Source of the DNA: Lepidodermella squamata | Taxonomy: Eukaryota > Animalia > Gastrotricha | Direction of reading: 5' to 3' | Length of the DNA: 64,000 bases | Assembly: GCA_047495785.1 (NCBI GenBank) | Contig: JBLDXI010000001.1 | Location: 1-64,000, forward strand | Translations under genes and position numbers: made by a program | Notes under the pieces: model-generated | What the model was told of the DNA's origin: nothing | Seen by the model: the letters and a program-made list of their open reading frames with translations, nothing else | Database searches by the model: none | Shown: piece by piece, positions 26,001 to 38,168 of the stretch | How positions within the stretch are numbered: position 1 is the stretch's first letter | Layout: each line of letters opens with the position of its first letter

Positions 26001-29000
26001 GCTCCACGGATCCCGGCTCTTGGGACGCAAGTTCTCCTTCTGCTCTGGCTTGCTCGATGTTCTGAGGTTGGCCAGTGGAATGAACACAGGGCTGTCCATG
26101 CCGTCAGTCTTCTGGCACGGGCGCACAGTTGTTGGTGTGGTCGGGGTACTAGGCGTGGTCTTGCCAGTTCCAGTCCGGTCGCGCACCACAAGTCTGCGAG
26201 TGGTGGTGCCTTTTCCGGGTGTTGTGCTTCCTGTAAACACACAAAAACACAGATTCCATCAACTATCGCTGAGCCTACAAAAGTCCCCGATCGACTTACC
26301 GCGCACTTCCTTGAAGCAGCCGCGAACGGCCAACTTGGCTTCAACAGGCTTCTTATCGTCGAGCTTCGAGAAGGTCAACACAATCGCGTCGGCGAACACT
26401 TCGGTCGGGAACTTGAGCGGGAATTCAGACGGCTTGTACTCCTGTAGACAAAAGAACATGGCGATAGTTTAACGAACTCATCAACGCAAAACCCTCGTGC
26501 AAGCCAGATCGGTGTTGCCCATGGCGCAGCACTCCCCCGTGTTTGAAAGCAAATTCTGCCAACACCTATACTCACCTTGTCGACGTTCTTATCCGCCGGG
26601 GTGGTCGTCAGGCGGACCGATTTCACGTTCGTCAGCTTCGGAAGCTCGACACCAGACAGCTGGGAGCGCTCAGGAAACTTAACGCCAACCGTCGGGGTGC
26701 GGTCGTCGGCGGCAGAGCTCCACGGATCCCGGCTCTTGGGACGCAAGTTCTCCTTCTGCTCTGGCTTGCTCGATGTTCTGAGGTTGGCCAGTGGAATGAA
26801 CACAGGGCTGTCCATGCCGTCAGTCTTCTGGCACGGGCGCACAGTTGTTGGTGTGGTCGGGGTACTAGGCGTGGTCTTGCCAGTTCCAGTCCGGTCGCGC
26901 ACCACAAGTCTGCGAGTGGTGGTGCCTTTTCCGGGTGTTGTGCTTCCTGTAAACACACAAAAACACAGATTCCATCAACTATCGCTGAGCCTACAAAAGT
27001 CCCCGATCGACTTACCGCGCACTTCCTTGAAGCAGCCGCGAACGGCCAACTTGGCTTCAACAGGCTTCTTATCGTCGAGCTTCGAGAAGGTCAACACAAT
27101 CGCGTCGGCGAACACTTCGGTCGGGAACTTGAGCGGGAATTCAGACGGCTTGTACTCCTGTAGACAAAAGAACATGGCGATAGTTTAACGAACTCATCAA
27201 CGCAAAACCCTCGTGCAAGCCAGATCGGTGTTGCCCATGGCGCAGCACTCCCCCGTGTTTGAAAGCAAATTCTGCCAACACCTATACTCACCTTGTCGAC
27301 GTTCTTATCCGCCGGGGTGGTCGTCAGGCGGACCGATTTCACGTTCGTCAGCTTCGGAAGCTCGACACCAGACAGCTGGGAGCGCTCAGGAAACTTAACG
27401 CCAACCGTCGGGGTGCGGTCGTCGGCGGCAGAGCTCCACGGATCCCGGCTCTTGGGACGCAAGTTCTCCTTCTGCTCTGGCTTGCTCGATGTTCTGAGGT
27501 TGGCCAGTGGAATGAACACAGGGCTGTCCATGCCGTCAGTCTTCTGGCACGGGCGCACAGTTGTTGGTGTGGTCGGGGTACTAGGCGTGGTCTTGCCAGT
27601 TCCAGTCCGGTCGCGCACCACAAGTCTGCGAGTGGTGGTGCCTTTTCCGGGTGTTGTGCTTCCTGTAAACACACAAAAACACAGATTCCATCAACTATCG
27701 CTGAGCCTACAAAAGTCCCCGATCGACTTACCGCGCACTTCCTTGAAGCAGCCGCGAACGGCCAACTTGGCTTCAACAGGCTTCTTATCGTCGAGCTTCG
27801 AGAAGGTCAACACAATCGCGTCGGCGAACACTTCGGTCGGGAACTTGAGCGGGAATTCAGACGGCTTGTACTCCTGTAGACAAAAGAACATGGCGATAGT
27901 TTAACGAACTCATCAACGCAAAACCCTCGTGCAAGCCAGATCGGTGTTGCCCATGGCGCAGCACTCCCCCGTGTTTGAAAGCAAATTCTGCCAACACCTA
28001 TACTCACCTTGTCGACGTTCTTATCCGCCGGGGTGGTCGTCAGGCGGACCGATTTCACGTTCGTCAGCTTCGGAAGCTCGACACCAGACAGCTGGGAGCG
28101 CTCAGGAAACTTAACGCCAACCGTCGGGGTGCGGTCGTCGGCGGCAGAGCTCCACGGATCCCGGCTCTTGGGACGCAAGTTCTCCTTCTGCTCTGGCTTG
28201 CTCGATGTTCTGAGGTTGGCCAGTGGAATGAACACAGGGCTGTCCATGCCGTCAGTCTTCTGGCACGGGCGCACAGTTGTTGGTGTGGTCGGGGTACTAG
28301 GCGTGGTCTTGCCAGTTCCAGTCCGGTCGCGCACCACAAGTCTGCGAGTGGTGGTGCCTTTTCCGGGTGTTGTGCTTCCTGTAAACACACAAAAACACAG
28401 ATTCCATCAACTATCGCTGAGCCTACAAAAGTCCCCGATCGACTTACCGCGCACTTCCTTGAAGCAGCCGCGAACGGCCAACTTGGCTTCAACAGGCTTC
28501 TTATCGTCGAGCTTCGAGAAGGTCAACACAATCGCGTCGGCGAACACTTCGGTCGGGAACTTGAGCGGGAATTCAGACGGCTTGTACTCCTGTAGACAAA
28601 AGAACATGGCGATAGTTTAACGAACTCATCAACGCAAAACCCTCGTGCAAGCCAGATCGGTGTTGCCCATGGCGCAGCACTCCCCCGTGTTTGAAAGCAA
28701 ATTCTGCCAACACCTATACTCACCTTGTCGACGTTCTTATCCGCCGGGGTGGTCGTCAGGCGGACCGATTTCACGTTCGTCAGCTTCGGAAGCTCGACAC
28801 CAGACAGTTGGGAGCGCTCAGGAAACTTAACGCCAACCGTCGGGGTGCGGTCGTCGGCGGCAGAGCTCCACGGATCCCGGCTCTTGGGACGCAAGTTCTC
28901 CTTCTGCTCTGGCTTGCTCGATGTTCTGAGGTTGGCCAGTGGAATGAACACAGGGCTGTCCATGCCGTCAGTCTTCTGGCACGGGCGCACAGTTGTTGGT

Positions 29001-32000
29001 GTGGTCGGGGTACTAGGCGTGGTCTTGCCAGTTCCAGTCCGGTCGCGCACCACAAGTCTGCGAGTGGTGGTGCCTTTTCCGGGTGTTGTGCTTCCTGTAA
29101 ACACACAAAAACACAGATTCCATCAACTATCGCTGAGCCTACAAAAGTCCCCGATCGACTTACCGCGCACTTCCTTGAAGCAGCCGCGAACGGCCAACTT
29201 GGCTTCAACAGGCTTCTTATCGTCGAGCTTCGAGAAGGTCAACACAATCGCGTCGGCGAACACTTCGGTCGGGAACTTGAGCGGGAATTCAGACGGCTTG
29301 TACTCCTGTAGACAAAAGAACATGGCGATAGTTTAACGAACTCATCAACGCAAAACCCTCGTGCAAGCCAGATCGGTGTTGCCCATGGCGCAGCACTCCC
29401 CCGTGTTTGAAAGCAAATTCTGCCAACACCTATACTCACCTTGTCGACGTTCTTATCCGCCGGGGTGGTCGTCAGGCGGACCGATTTCACGTTCGTCAGC
29501 TTCGGAAGCTCGACACCAGACAGCTGGGAGCGCTCAGGAAACTTAACGCCAACCGTCGGGGTGCGGTCGTCGGCGGCAGAGCTCCACGGATCCCGGCTCT
29601 TGGGACGCAAGTTCTCCTTCTGCTCTGGCTTGCTCGATGTTCTGAGGTTGGCCAGTGGAATGAACACAGGGCTGTCCATGCCGTCAGTCTTCTGGCACGG
29701 GCGCACAGTTGTTGGTGTGGTCGGGGTACTAGGCGTGGTCTTGCCAGTTCCAGTCCGGTCGCGCACCACAAGTCTGCGAGTGGTGGTGCCTTTTCCGGGT
29801 GTTGTGCTTCCTGTAAACACACAAAAACACAGATTCCATCAACTATCGCTGAGCCTACAAAAGTCCCCGATCGACTTACCGCGCACTTCCTTGAAGCAGC
29901 CGCGAACGGCCAACTTGGCTTCAACAGGCTTCTTATCGTCGAGCTTCGAGAAGGTCAACACAATCGCGTCGGCGAACACTTCGGTCGGGAACTTGAGCGG
30001 GAATTCAGACGGCTTGTACTCCTGTAGACAAAAGAACATGGCGATAGTTTAACGAACTCATCAACGCAAAACCCTCGTGCAAGCCAGATCGGTGTTGCCC
30101 ATGGCGCAGCACTCCCCCGTGTTTGAAAGCAAATTCTGCCAACACCTATACTCACCTTGTCGACGTTCTTATCCGCCGGGGTGGTCGTCAGGCGGACCGA
30201 TTTCACGTTCGTCAGCTTCGGAAGCTCGACACCAGACAGTTGGGAGCGCTCAGGAAACTTAACGCCAACCGTCGGGGTGCGGTCGTCGGCGGCAGAGCTC
30301 CACGGATCCCGGCTCTTGGGACGCAAGTTCTCCTTCTGCTCTGGCTTGCTCGATGTTCTGAGGTTGGCCAGTGGAATGAACACAGGGCTGTCCATGCCGT
30401 CAGTCTTCTGGCACGGGCGCACAGTTGTTGGTGTGGCGGCTGTCCCATTTTCTGAAATTGACACTCAATCTTCACTATCGTCAGGTTTTTTTGCTGAAAC
30501 AAACGGTTGGGTTTTGTGCTTGTTGTCGATCCTTTGTGTCAATGCATTTGTTTTAATTGATGATAGAAGGAATTTTAACCTGAAATACCTTGCTTTGTTG
30601 TAGTGCCGTTCACAGTCCTTGATTGGGACTTCAGGACTGTTCGACGTGTACCTTATTTTTAACTTTTGATCAGAAAGATTTTGGATTGTTCGGTGTGGTT
30701 ACCTGGCTTTTGTGTAGTTGTGACGTTGGCATTCCGTACCTGGGATTTTAGAACAGATCGCCTCGTATCTTCATGTTACAACAATATGATATCCGCATCT
30801 CATTTGACAAGGTTTGCAACTTACTCGTGGATTGTGATGACATCGTAGATCCTATATCGTACCGGTTTATCAGAATTTGTTGATGAATTCAGTTCAGGAA
30901 ACATACCTGGTCTGGCAGTTGTTGTGACATTTCTTCCTTGAGATTTAAGAAGCATTCGCCTGCTATTCGCTATATTTATAGACCCTTTTAGTAGGGACCA
31001 TTGATGAGTAACCGAAATTTACGTGTGGTTGGGTTGCTTGTTGTACCTCCTATCATGATAACGCACCATAAGTGTCATTCTCTCATTGCATAAAAGCATC
31101 TCACACAAACCTGGCATGGCAAGCGTTTGACTCTTCAGCACGAATTTTCGCGGGGCTGAGAATAACATCAATTCATGCGAATTTACTATTGAGCACATTT
31201 ATTTATCACCTGCATCGAGGTCCAGCATAAAATTTAGTAACCCATCTTCCGGAATCGAGCAGTTGATGATCGGATTTGAAGCTGAATTTGCAAGAAAAAT
31301 TGAATTGCTTATAAAACTTCAATTGCTCAATCATACCAGCTGATCGGACTACAGTCGCGGGTGTTGATGGTTGGAGGAATGATTCGCTCATAGCGCAAGT
31401 TTGAATGTTGCAAGCTTCCACTTGAATTTGCGCTGTAACAGGTTTGCTGGCATCTTGCTTTGTGAATTCCACTTTGATGGCATCGAAGCAGTAACCATTG
31501 AATGATGCAGTCGCCGTAGGAGGGTAGACTGAAGGTTGCGCCGCTCCAGTGGCTTTCAGCGGCTCCCAGGGTGTATTTACCGTTTTTCGAGAGGAGATCG
31601 AGAAAGAGCGGATGTTTCCGGAAAGTGTTGTTAGGCTTACCTGTATATTATTTAAGTGAGACTCTAACTGTCCATGAAAATGGCCTAAAACTAACATTGC
31701 CCAATCTGACTCGTTCCTTGAAATAAAGCTCGATGAAAGGCAAGCTTTCTGGTCCATTTGATATCCAGGCCTGGCGACTGTTAACCAAGGCTTTCGCACT
31801 GTCGCCAGCATTGCTGCTCACACGAACGGAGCTGGTGCCACTCAAAAACGGATTGATCGGCTGCAAACTAGAGCACATCAAGTTGAGGCTGCTCTGGACG
31901 ATTTGGGTTGCTTAATAAAATCATATCATTTATAACATAAACATCATCCTTTGTTGACTTACAGGTGACATAAATAAGCTGAGTGATGACCTTTGACTCG

Positions 32001-35000
32001 GCTCTTCCTATAGACGGAGTTGTACCTGGTCCAGCACACTTCGCTGATAAGCAACCAGTTAGCTCGATCTGAAAGTTCGCTGCTTTTGATTCGTCTGCTT
32101 TTCGGAGAACAATTTTGATTGAGCTGACACAGTAGGCGGGAGGAAAATCCGGTAGGCGCCACATTTCTAACATTTGCTAATAGTTTATGGTTATGGATTA
32201 GATGGATTCACTGGTATATTCCTTATTTGTTAACCTGTTCCGTTCCGAATTGTGGTCCTGGGCTTACAAAATCGGATGTCGGGGAAGTTTTGATTTGTAA
32301 AAAGAAGCCACGAATGTTATCCTGAGATACGAAATGCAGGGAATTCGCTTGCACAGGCATATTCAAATCGATGATGACAAATGGATTCTTGTCGCCAGCA
32401 GCAATTTGCCATGGGTTGTTCTTAGAGCTAGCAAAAACGTTGGCTTTTTGATCAGGGTTGCTGGAAACTTGAACGCCTTTGACATATTGCGCGATTGTCG
32501 CCGCGTTTGACAGTAAATTTTCCCGGCTGTCACAATACAACGGATTCTTCAGTCCCATTCTCTCTGAAGTTTCAAATATAGCAAAAAATGACAGAGTAGG
32601 GTAATGGACTTACGGCCACAAGCTTGGATCTTCAACGCTGCTGTGATCGGCGCGTTCTTGTTAACTTTGGCGAATTTAACGAGCACGGTCGTTCCCATGG
32701 TGTTGGGTGAGAAAACGATGCGGCTTGAAACCTTGGATGCTGGTGCTACCATCTGTGAGGCGGTAGGGATAAATGAGCCATTTGTGTGATATCCGATTGT
32801 TACGTTTACTTACCTTCATGTCTTTGCTGGCCCAATTATCAGGGTCAATTCCAACCCAAGCGCCGCTGTTTTCTACCATGATTCCCCAGGTCGCGACATT
32901 GTCCCAATTCGTAAGGACAATGTCCCCAAGGTAGTAGCTAGCTGGCAAACGCATATTTACCCAAGGATCAGAATCCTCCGCGGATGAAGTCCACTTTCCA
33001 CCAAGAAACGCTCTAATGCCGTCTTTTCCCTGGCTGTTCGATGAAACGGAGAGATCCGCGTCATTCAGCAAACCGTTAGGAGCCAATGCATCGCTGTATA
33101 TGTTGCAGGGCATTTCCACGGGTCGCCTCGCCCTGTTACCCAGCAAGCCGCCTTCTTCGTCAGGAATATAAGGTTTGAAGTTACGAATAGTTCGATCTTT
33201 TTCGTTCAGTAACAATGGGCTCCGACCAGGACTATCGCAAGCTTGGATGGAAACTTGAGCTCCAGCCGGTTTGCTTTGGTCAGTTTTTATCAGGGCAATA
33301 GTCAACCCGTACATGTGTATTCCCAGCGGCAAAATTGCCGGGCCATTTTGAACCTGCAATCATAGATTACTTAGTTAGAGAAGTAATGGTTGAAATTTTA
33401 CATACGGCCATCACGAAAGTGTTAGTCTTAGCATCAAATGGGATGGCTTGAACCGAACCCGTTTGGTAAAGCCACAGGTAGTAGCCTTTGACATTGACAG
33501 TATTTTTCAAGCTTATTTGGCCGACTTCGAAAATCGCGGGGAATTGAAGAGAAATCGTAGGTTTCTTATCATCTGCAGTGGATGACCAAGGCTCTTTTGA
33601 GGTCACTCGGATAAAATCACGTTGCGCCTCATTGCTGGTAACAGTGATGTTCTCGAGCGCAACAAGGTTCGGAATGAACAGCAGATCGTAATAGTTTTTA
33701 CATTGCTGAATATTCCATTTACCAGCTGTGAAATTAATGCATAAATAAAAATTCGATTAATTTAATCCCAAAAATCTTACGCTCTTGGGGTTTAAGCATC
33801 ATTTTCTTCCATTTCGTGTCATTTGATCTCAAGATATTTGTTACAACGACGTTACGTGGCATGCAAACCGAAACTTCCAGCTTCGTAGCAGCGGCAGCTC
33901 CTTTCGTCGTCTTGGTAAGTTTTATCGCTAGTTTTTGCGCCAAGGGAGTAGTCTTGGAGAAGTCTGCTATGGACGAAGTATCCTAGAGAAAATTAGGATT
34001 CGTCATTTTGCATATGCCTTCGGGCTCAAAGGTTATTACGGTTGTTGCCGAAGCCGTTCCGTTGGGTCCTGAAACTTCCACTTGGGCACGCGAAAAGCCG
34101 GAGTTTTCCAGCAATGCTACGCGGTACAGTCGAGCATTCGGATGGTTGATCGTTACCGTCAGTTTCGGCTCGTCGTCTTGGACTGTCGATTGCCACTTGC
34201 CCGGAGCACCTGTTTGAGAAAACTATATTCAGTCGAATCGAGAAAGCAAAAAAACGAATGCCTTTTCGCTATCCTTGTATAACTATAAACCGCGAGAATG
34301 ATCATATTTGATCGCTAGCTAACTTCACCCACAATACGACAGCAACTTGGAGAAACTTGGTGACTGAATTCAAACCTTTCCGAAGAGCGCCATGCAAGCT
34401 TGGGTTGCTAGACAGGTCACTTATGGCCGCTTCGATTTTACTGTCAACAGCTAGGACATCGTAAGGAATGCAGTTCATCGGCGGCGTAACGTTAGGAAAT
34501 GGTGCGGCAGCAGCAGGGATGACATTTGTTGCCTGATTTCCAGTCGGTGGAGCCGAAGCCTTGCAAAGTTCCTGGCGGACAGCCGAAGTGTTGGTCAGAG
34601 CAGCATTGATCTTATCCACTAGACTTCCCTTGATTTTCATCACAGAAGCTGGACATGGCTTATCTTGAAATGGCGGCACTTAAAAAATAGATGAAGAAAA
34701 TTATATGAACGGGAGAGCTCCAATATTGCCTTCAAGTTGGAAACTCACAGTAAGCTGCTATTGTCTTGCAGTCACCGAATTGACAGCCGGTTATTTCAAG
34801 CTGAACTTGTGCCGAAGCTGTCGGCGAAGTTTTCACGAAGGTGATGTTTACTTTGTTCAAGCAATATCTTTGGTCGAATGTTATCATCACACCCGCCGTC
34901 TAAAGGTATTTTCTTGAGCATTTGTGGGAATTATTGAGAGGCTTCTTACCCTGAGAGGTTTGACTTCTTTGGATACTCCAGTAACGCTTCCAGTAACATC

Positions 35001-35614
35001 GAATTTGGTAACAGATTTTGGGAAAAACAGCCTAATTTGGTACAGCCTGAACGAAGACCCCTTTGGAAACTCCAGAGAAACCCAAGGGCTTAAATCGAGA
35101 AAATCACTCAGTAAATTGAATTTCAAGTTTTTAGCGACGCTTTTACTTGACATCAGTTGCTAACGATTGCCAGCCAGACTGTGCGGTAGGCGTTTGACCC
35201 GGAATCACCAGAACTTGCTTCGCTGTTTTCCCGGGAGCGTTGCTGCTGGTCTTTACATCAATCGTATCGACTATCGCTTTTGTGAAGCTCAACGGGGTAC
35301 AGGTTTGACTGATGTTCAAAGCGTGATACCACCATTTCTTTATGTCTGTATAGCGGATGAATAATAGACATCGAAAATTAACTGAATTAGACGAAAATTA
35401 ACCCTCCGAAGTCTCGAGGACCTCTTGCTTCAAAGCAGCATTCCCTTTACAAACCACCAAATCCTCAGTTGTACTGTGAGCGAAGAAGAAAGATCAGTGT
35501 TAATCGCCAAAGTAAACAATAAAGTGCTTGCCTTGTCAACCGAACGCTTGATGCGACGATAAACAACGTAACAAAGAGAAACGACGGCTGATTTCGAAAT
35601 TTAAACGTAATCAT
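1..35614 (-). CDS. Giant multi-exon secreted repeat protein (>9,000 aa in window, 3' end outside window): >50 tandem Cys-bounded F5/8C/discoidin-like domains separated by Thr/Pro/Lys/Arg-rich linkers; candidate mucin-like/adhesive protein
   Basis: ATG at 35614 gives MITFKFRNQPSFLFVTLFIVASSVRLT (signal-peptide-like). Hand splicing keeps an open frame through the first exons, the micro-exon cassette and both arrays; not every junction in 31337-35100 was traced. Recurrent motif C-x-GM-x-(F/Y)(I/L)P-x-TSS-x-ENLRP-x-PW-x-D-x-P-x-FP...NV...YKPSE-x-P-x-FP-x-V-x-AD...PV-x-A-x-L-x-V-x-GC. Fold and function are inferred. Confidence 0.85.
14086..30436 (-). repeat. Coding tandem array, 716-bp unit (23 domain copies); 2 exons/2 introns, 171 aa per unit
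   Basis: Representative unit: exon 15836-16206 (371), intron 15702-15835 (134), exon 15560-15701 (142), intron 15491-15559 (69), summing to 716. The 142-nt exon occurs 23 times. One unit is 711 bp (5-bp intronic deletion near 14820). Confidence 0.95.
30505..31281 (-). other. Cassette of 8 phase-1/phase-1 micro-exons of the giant gene (72, 45, 27, 63, 27, 66, 63, 27 nt in transcript order)
   Basis: Exons 31210-31281, 31111-31155, 31023-31049, 30907-30969, 30825-30851, 30703-30768, 30589-30651, 30505-30531. Each is flanked by AG/GT, is a multiple of 3 and is stop-free; intervening introns are 51-61 nt. Confidence 0.8.
31337..35614 (-). other. Unique N-terminal part of the giant gene: signal peptide plus about 6 divergent copies of the same domain
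   Basis: Exonic segments share the (V/T)SSN...W-x-S-x3-D-x2-P-x-(V/I) and C-terminal L-x-I-x-(A/G)C motifs, e.g. VTSNEAQRDFIRVTSKEPWSSTADDKKPTISLQFP, VSSNSQGKDGIRAFLGGKWTSSAEDSDPWVNMRLP, VSSNPDQKANVFASSKNNPWQIAAGDKNPFVIIDL. Confidence 0.8.
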
Positions 35615-35695
35615 GCACTTCGAGTGTTAAAACTCTTTAATCGAAAAACAAAGAAAAGCAGTTCTCCCAAGCAAAGTACAAAGCTACGTAGCCGA

Positions 35696-35703
35696 CTTAT
35701 ATA
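35696..35703 (-). promoter_or_regulatory. Candidate TATA box of the giant gene
   Basis: Minus strand reads TATATAAG about 85 bp upstream of the ATG at 35614. Confidence 0.45.
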
Positions 35704-36286
35704 TCCTGTATCCTAATTTGGTTCAAAAGTTTCGCAGTCTCAAGGTACGATATCATAAACAGGTATGTTTGTTAATTGCTCCAATGTACTTCTAATGCGT
35801 CAGGTGACGATTCCGTTTTATTTTTTTGTGATTAACTGTAACGAAAGCAGATTGGCGTGACTTCAGAAAATTAAGCGCATTTGGTGCCTATATCTCTGTT
35901 CATTTTTCCAGATAGCCAGACTTTGTATATCCGCGCACGGTTGACTTCGGCAATTAACCTTTCTTTTGGATGCACATCATTTTTTCAGCTTTATTAGTTT
36001 TTGCTGCGCAATGCATCGGCCGTTCACCTTCCTAATGTAAGATACTCTCAACAACCTCTGTTCGTGTCATGGAAGAATCAAATGGTTTTATAAAAAAAAC
36101 TGCCAGCGTGGGCGAACGCGGTAATGCGAAGTTTATTAACGGGATATAAGATATCAAGTCGGATGGCAAAAAAACTAGGAGCATCAATTTTCACTCAATC
36201 GTCAGTAGGTAATCATCACACGGTTTCGACGTGGATATTCAGCATGACAGCAATGAATCCACAATTGATTCTGTATTGCATCACAA

Positions 36287-38168
36287 TCACCGAGTTGTCC
36301 ATGCGATTGCCTGAAAAATCACCTCATAAACACTCTTGAAAGCATGATATCGTCATGTATTTTACCTGGGCAGAACGGTTGCATAATATCGTTGTAACTC
36401 CGCCTCGAGCAAACTCGCTAATTGTGAAGGCCGTTATATTGTTGTTGTCCGTAACGGTTTCAGCGACCAACGTGTTTGCAGACCAAACAGTCAAAACCGA
36501 ATAAGGCTGTAATCGAGTGTGGCTTGGAAGACGAAATGATGAAATTATTTGACCACCCCTGCTTTGTTTGAGGTACCATTTGCTAATATCAGACTCCTGC
36601 AAAGAGTTATTACAAAAATCATGTTGGTACTTTGACCACATACATTTCTGTTGTTGTTGTACACTCGAACATATTTTCCTTCTTCGTTGACTTCGATCAA
36701 TCGTAAATGGCCAGTATAACTAACGGGAAGAATCGAAGATGACAATGAACAATCACAACAAGCACAAAATCGCATACTGCGAGGAAGCACATTCGCTACG
36801 GAACCCAGCAGATGTAGCAGGGCGATTCTCTCTAGCATTACCAGCTATGGGTTCGAGTATATTAAGATTATATTCCGCAAAAATTTCATCCGACCTACTC
36901 TTATCGTATTCACAAGCAGACTCGGCCCGGCTTTGATACCTCCTATCATAGTTTGATGTCGAATACAGCCTGTCGCGAGAGGTTAATTGCGTAGCACATG
37001 GCGTGTATTGGTGCAATGGGGTGACTGGTCGAGACTGTCCCTTTTTCGCTGCGCTCCGGTTCGTCGCTTTTTTCTAACAAAAAAATGCATAAAAATTAGT
37101 TGAGAATATCAAAATTTTCTACATTCTCTACAGTACGAAGGAAACGAACATCTATCAAATAGCTAAATAATTTTACCGCTTGGAAGCAGAAGCTCTCAAA
37201 GCTGGAGTGCATAAATGCAGCGTAATTACAGCTAACAGCAGTGGTGAAACACAGTAGCGGACTTTAAAGGTTACTAGGAAATTAATGAAATTATTGTGCA
37301 TTAAATTAGTCATACGAAAAATCAAACATTTATTCGTGCAACAGATTTTATTAGAGCACGTACTGAAAGCGTGAAGTAGTAAAAATAATGGGTGTTCAAT
37401 ATTGCGTGAAGTAAAAAGAACAGGTGAAGGTGAACTTTGAATATCGTCCGCCAAATTTGTCATCACTAAAACCTCTGAATCGATCAGCTGAATGCCAGGG
37501 GGCCAATAAGTTAGTGTTGATGGTTCTTGGATAGCATTAATGTTTGTGGGATTCGTCATGGATTTCGTCAAGTTTTGACCCTAAAAAGGATAAGCTGTAA
37601 AAATGCGAACGAAATCATCGTTTTCTTGCATCTTCAGCAGTTTCAATCACATTCAATTTCGGCAATGCGATCAGTTCACGAATTTTCGACTCCAGCGTAA
37701 GAATTGTGATCTTAGCACCTTCAAGTCTCTTGATTATATCGTCCTGATGAAATTGAAATTTTGTCACGAATCAAATAATGTGCTAACATTACGCGCATAC
37801 CGAGTTCGATATATTATTCGGCAGATTTTTGTCATGGCTTTGAAAACCGGCATTGCCATCCTCAAGCTCTGTCGATGGTTTCTCGTCAGCTGAATCGCAT
37901 ATGTCACCAAGAAATGATCTTTTTTGAGCCTCGAAATGAGACGTGATCTAATTATTTCACGCGAAAAACTTCCAAACTTGTATGATTACTTACTGGGTTT
38001 CCTTCGCTAATTTGACCATTTGACCCGCCATTAGCATTTCGATAGCGAATGCCAATTTGTTTCAGGTGCTTTCATATATGAATTTCAAATAAGAGGAAAG
38101 GTGAAATGCAAAACCCTGTTTACCTCTATTTCAGGCTGCAAGTTGTCGATTTGATACAACGCCGACAT
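36287..38168 (-). CDS. Lamin tail domain-containing protein (LMNTD1-like), multi-exon
   Basis: Spliced C-terminus GHLRLIEVNEEGKYVRVYNNN|ESDISKWYLKQ...FRLPSHTRLQPYSVLTVWSA...TTILCNRSAQ|AIAWTTR* fits the lamin tail domain and the LMNTD1-type TILC..QAIAW ending. Start (MSALYQIDN, 38168) and middle exons are less certain. Confidence 0.75.

Noticed and set aside
1-30436. Arrays read as satellite DNA, CRISPR, or clusters of separate small genes
   Set aside because: No unique spacers and no per-unit start/stop; exon plus intron lengths sum exactly to the unit length and keep one continuous frame.
36-30603. Numerous plus-strand ORFs (e.g. 203 aa, 206 aa, 129 aa) repeated in each unit
   Set aside because: Antisense shadows of the minus-strand exons; no motifs, and the splice signals and domain homology are all on the minus strand.
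33124-33140. RARR furin-like site in the N-terminal region
   Set aside because: Followed directly by Pro, which disfavours cleavage; single occurrence.
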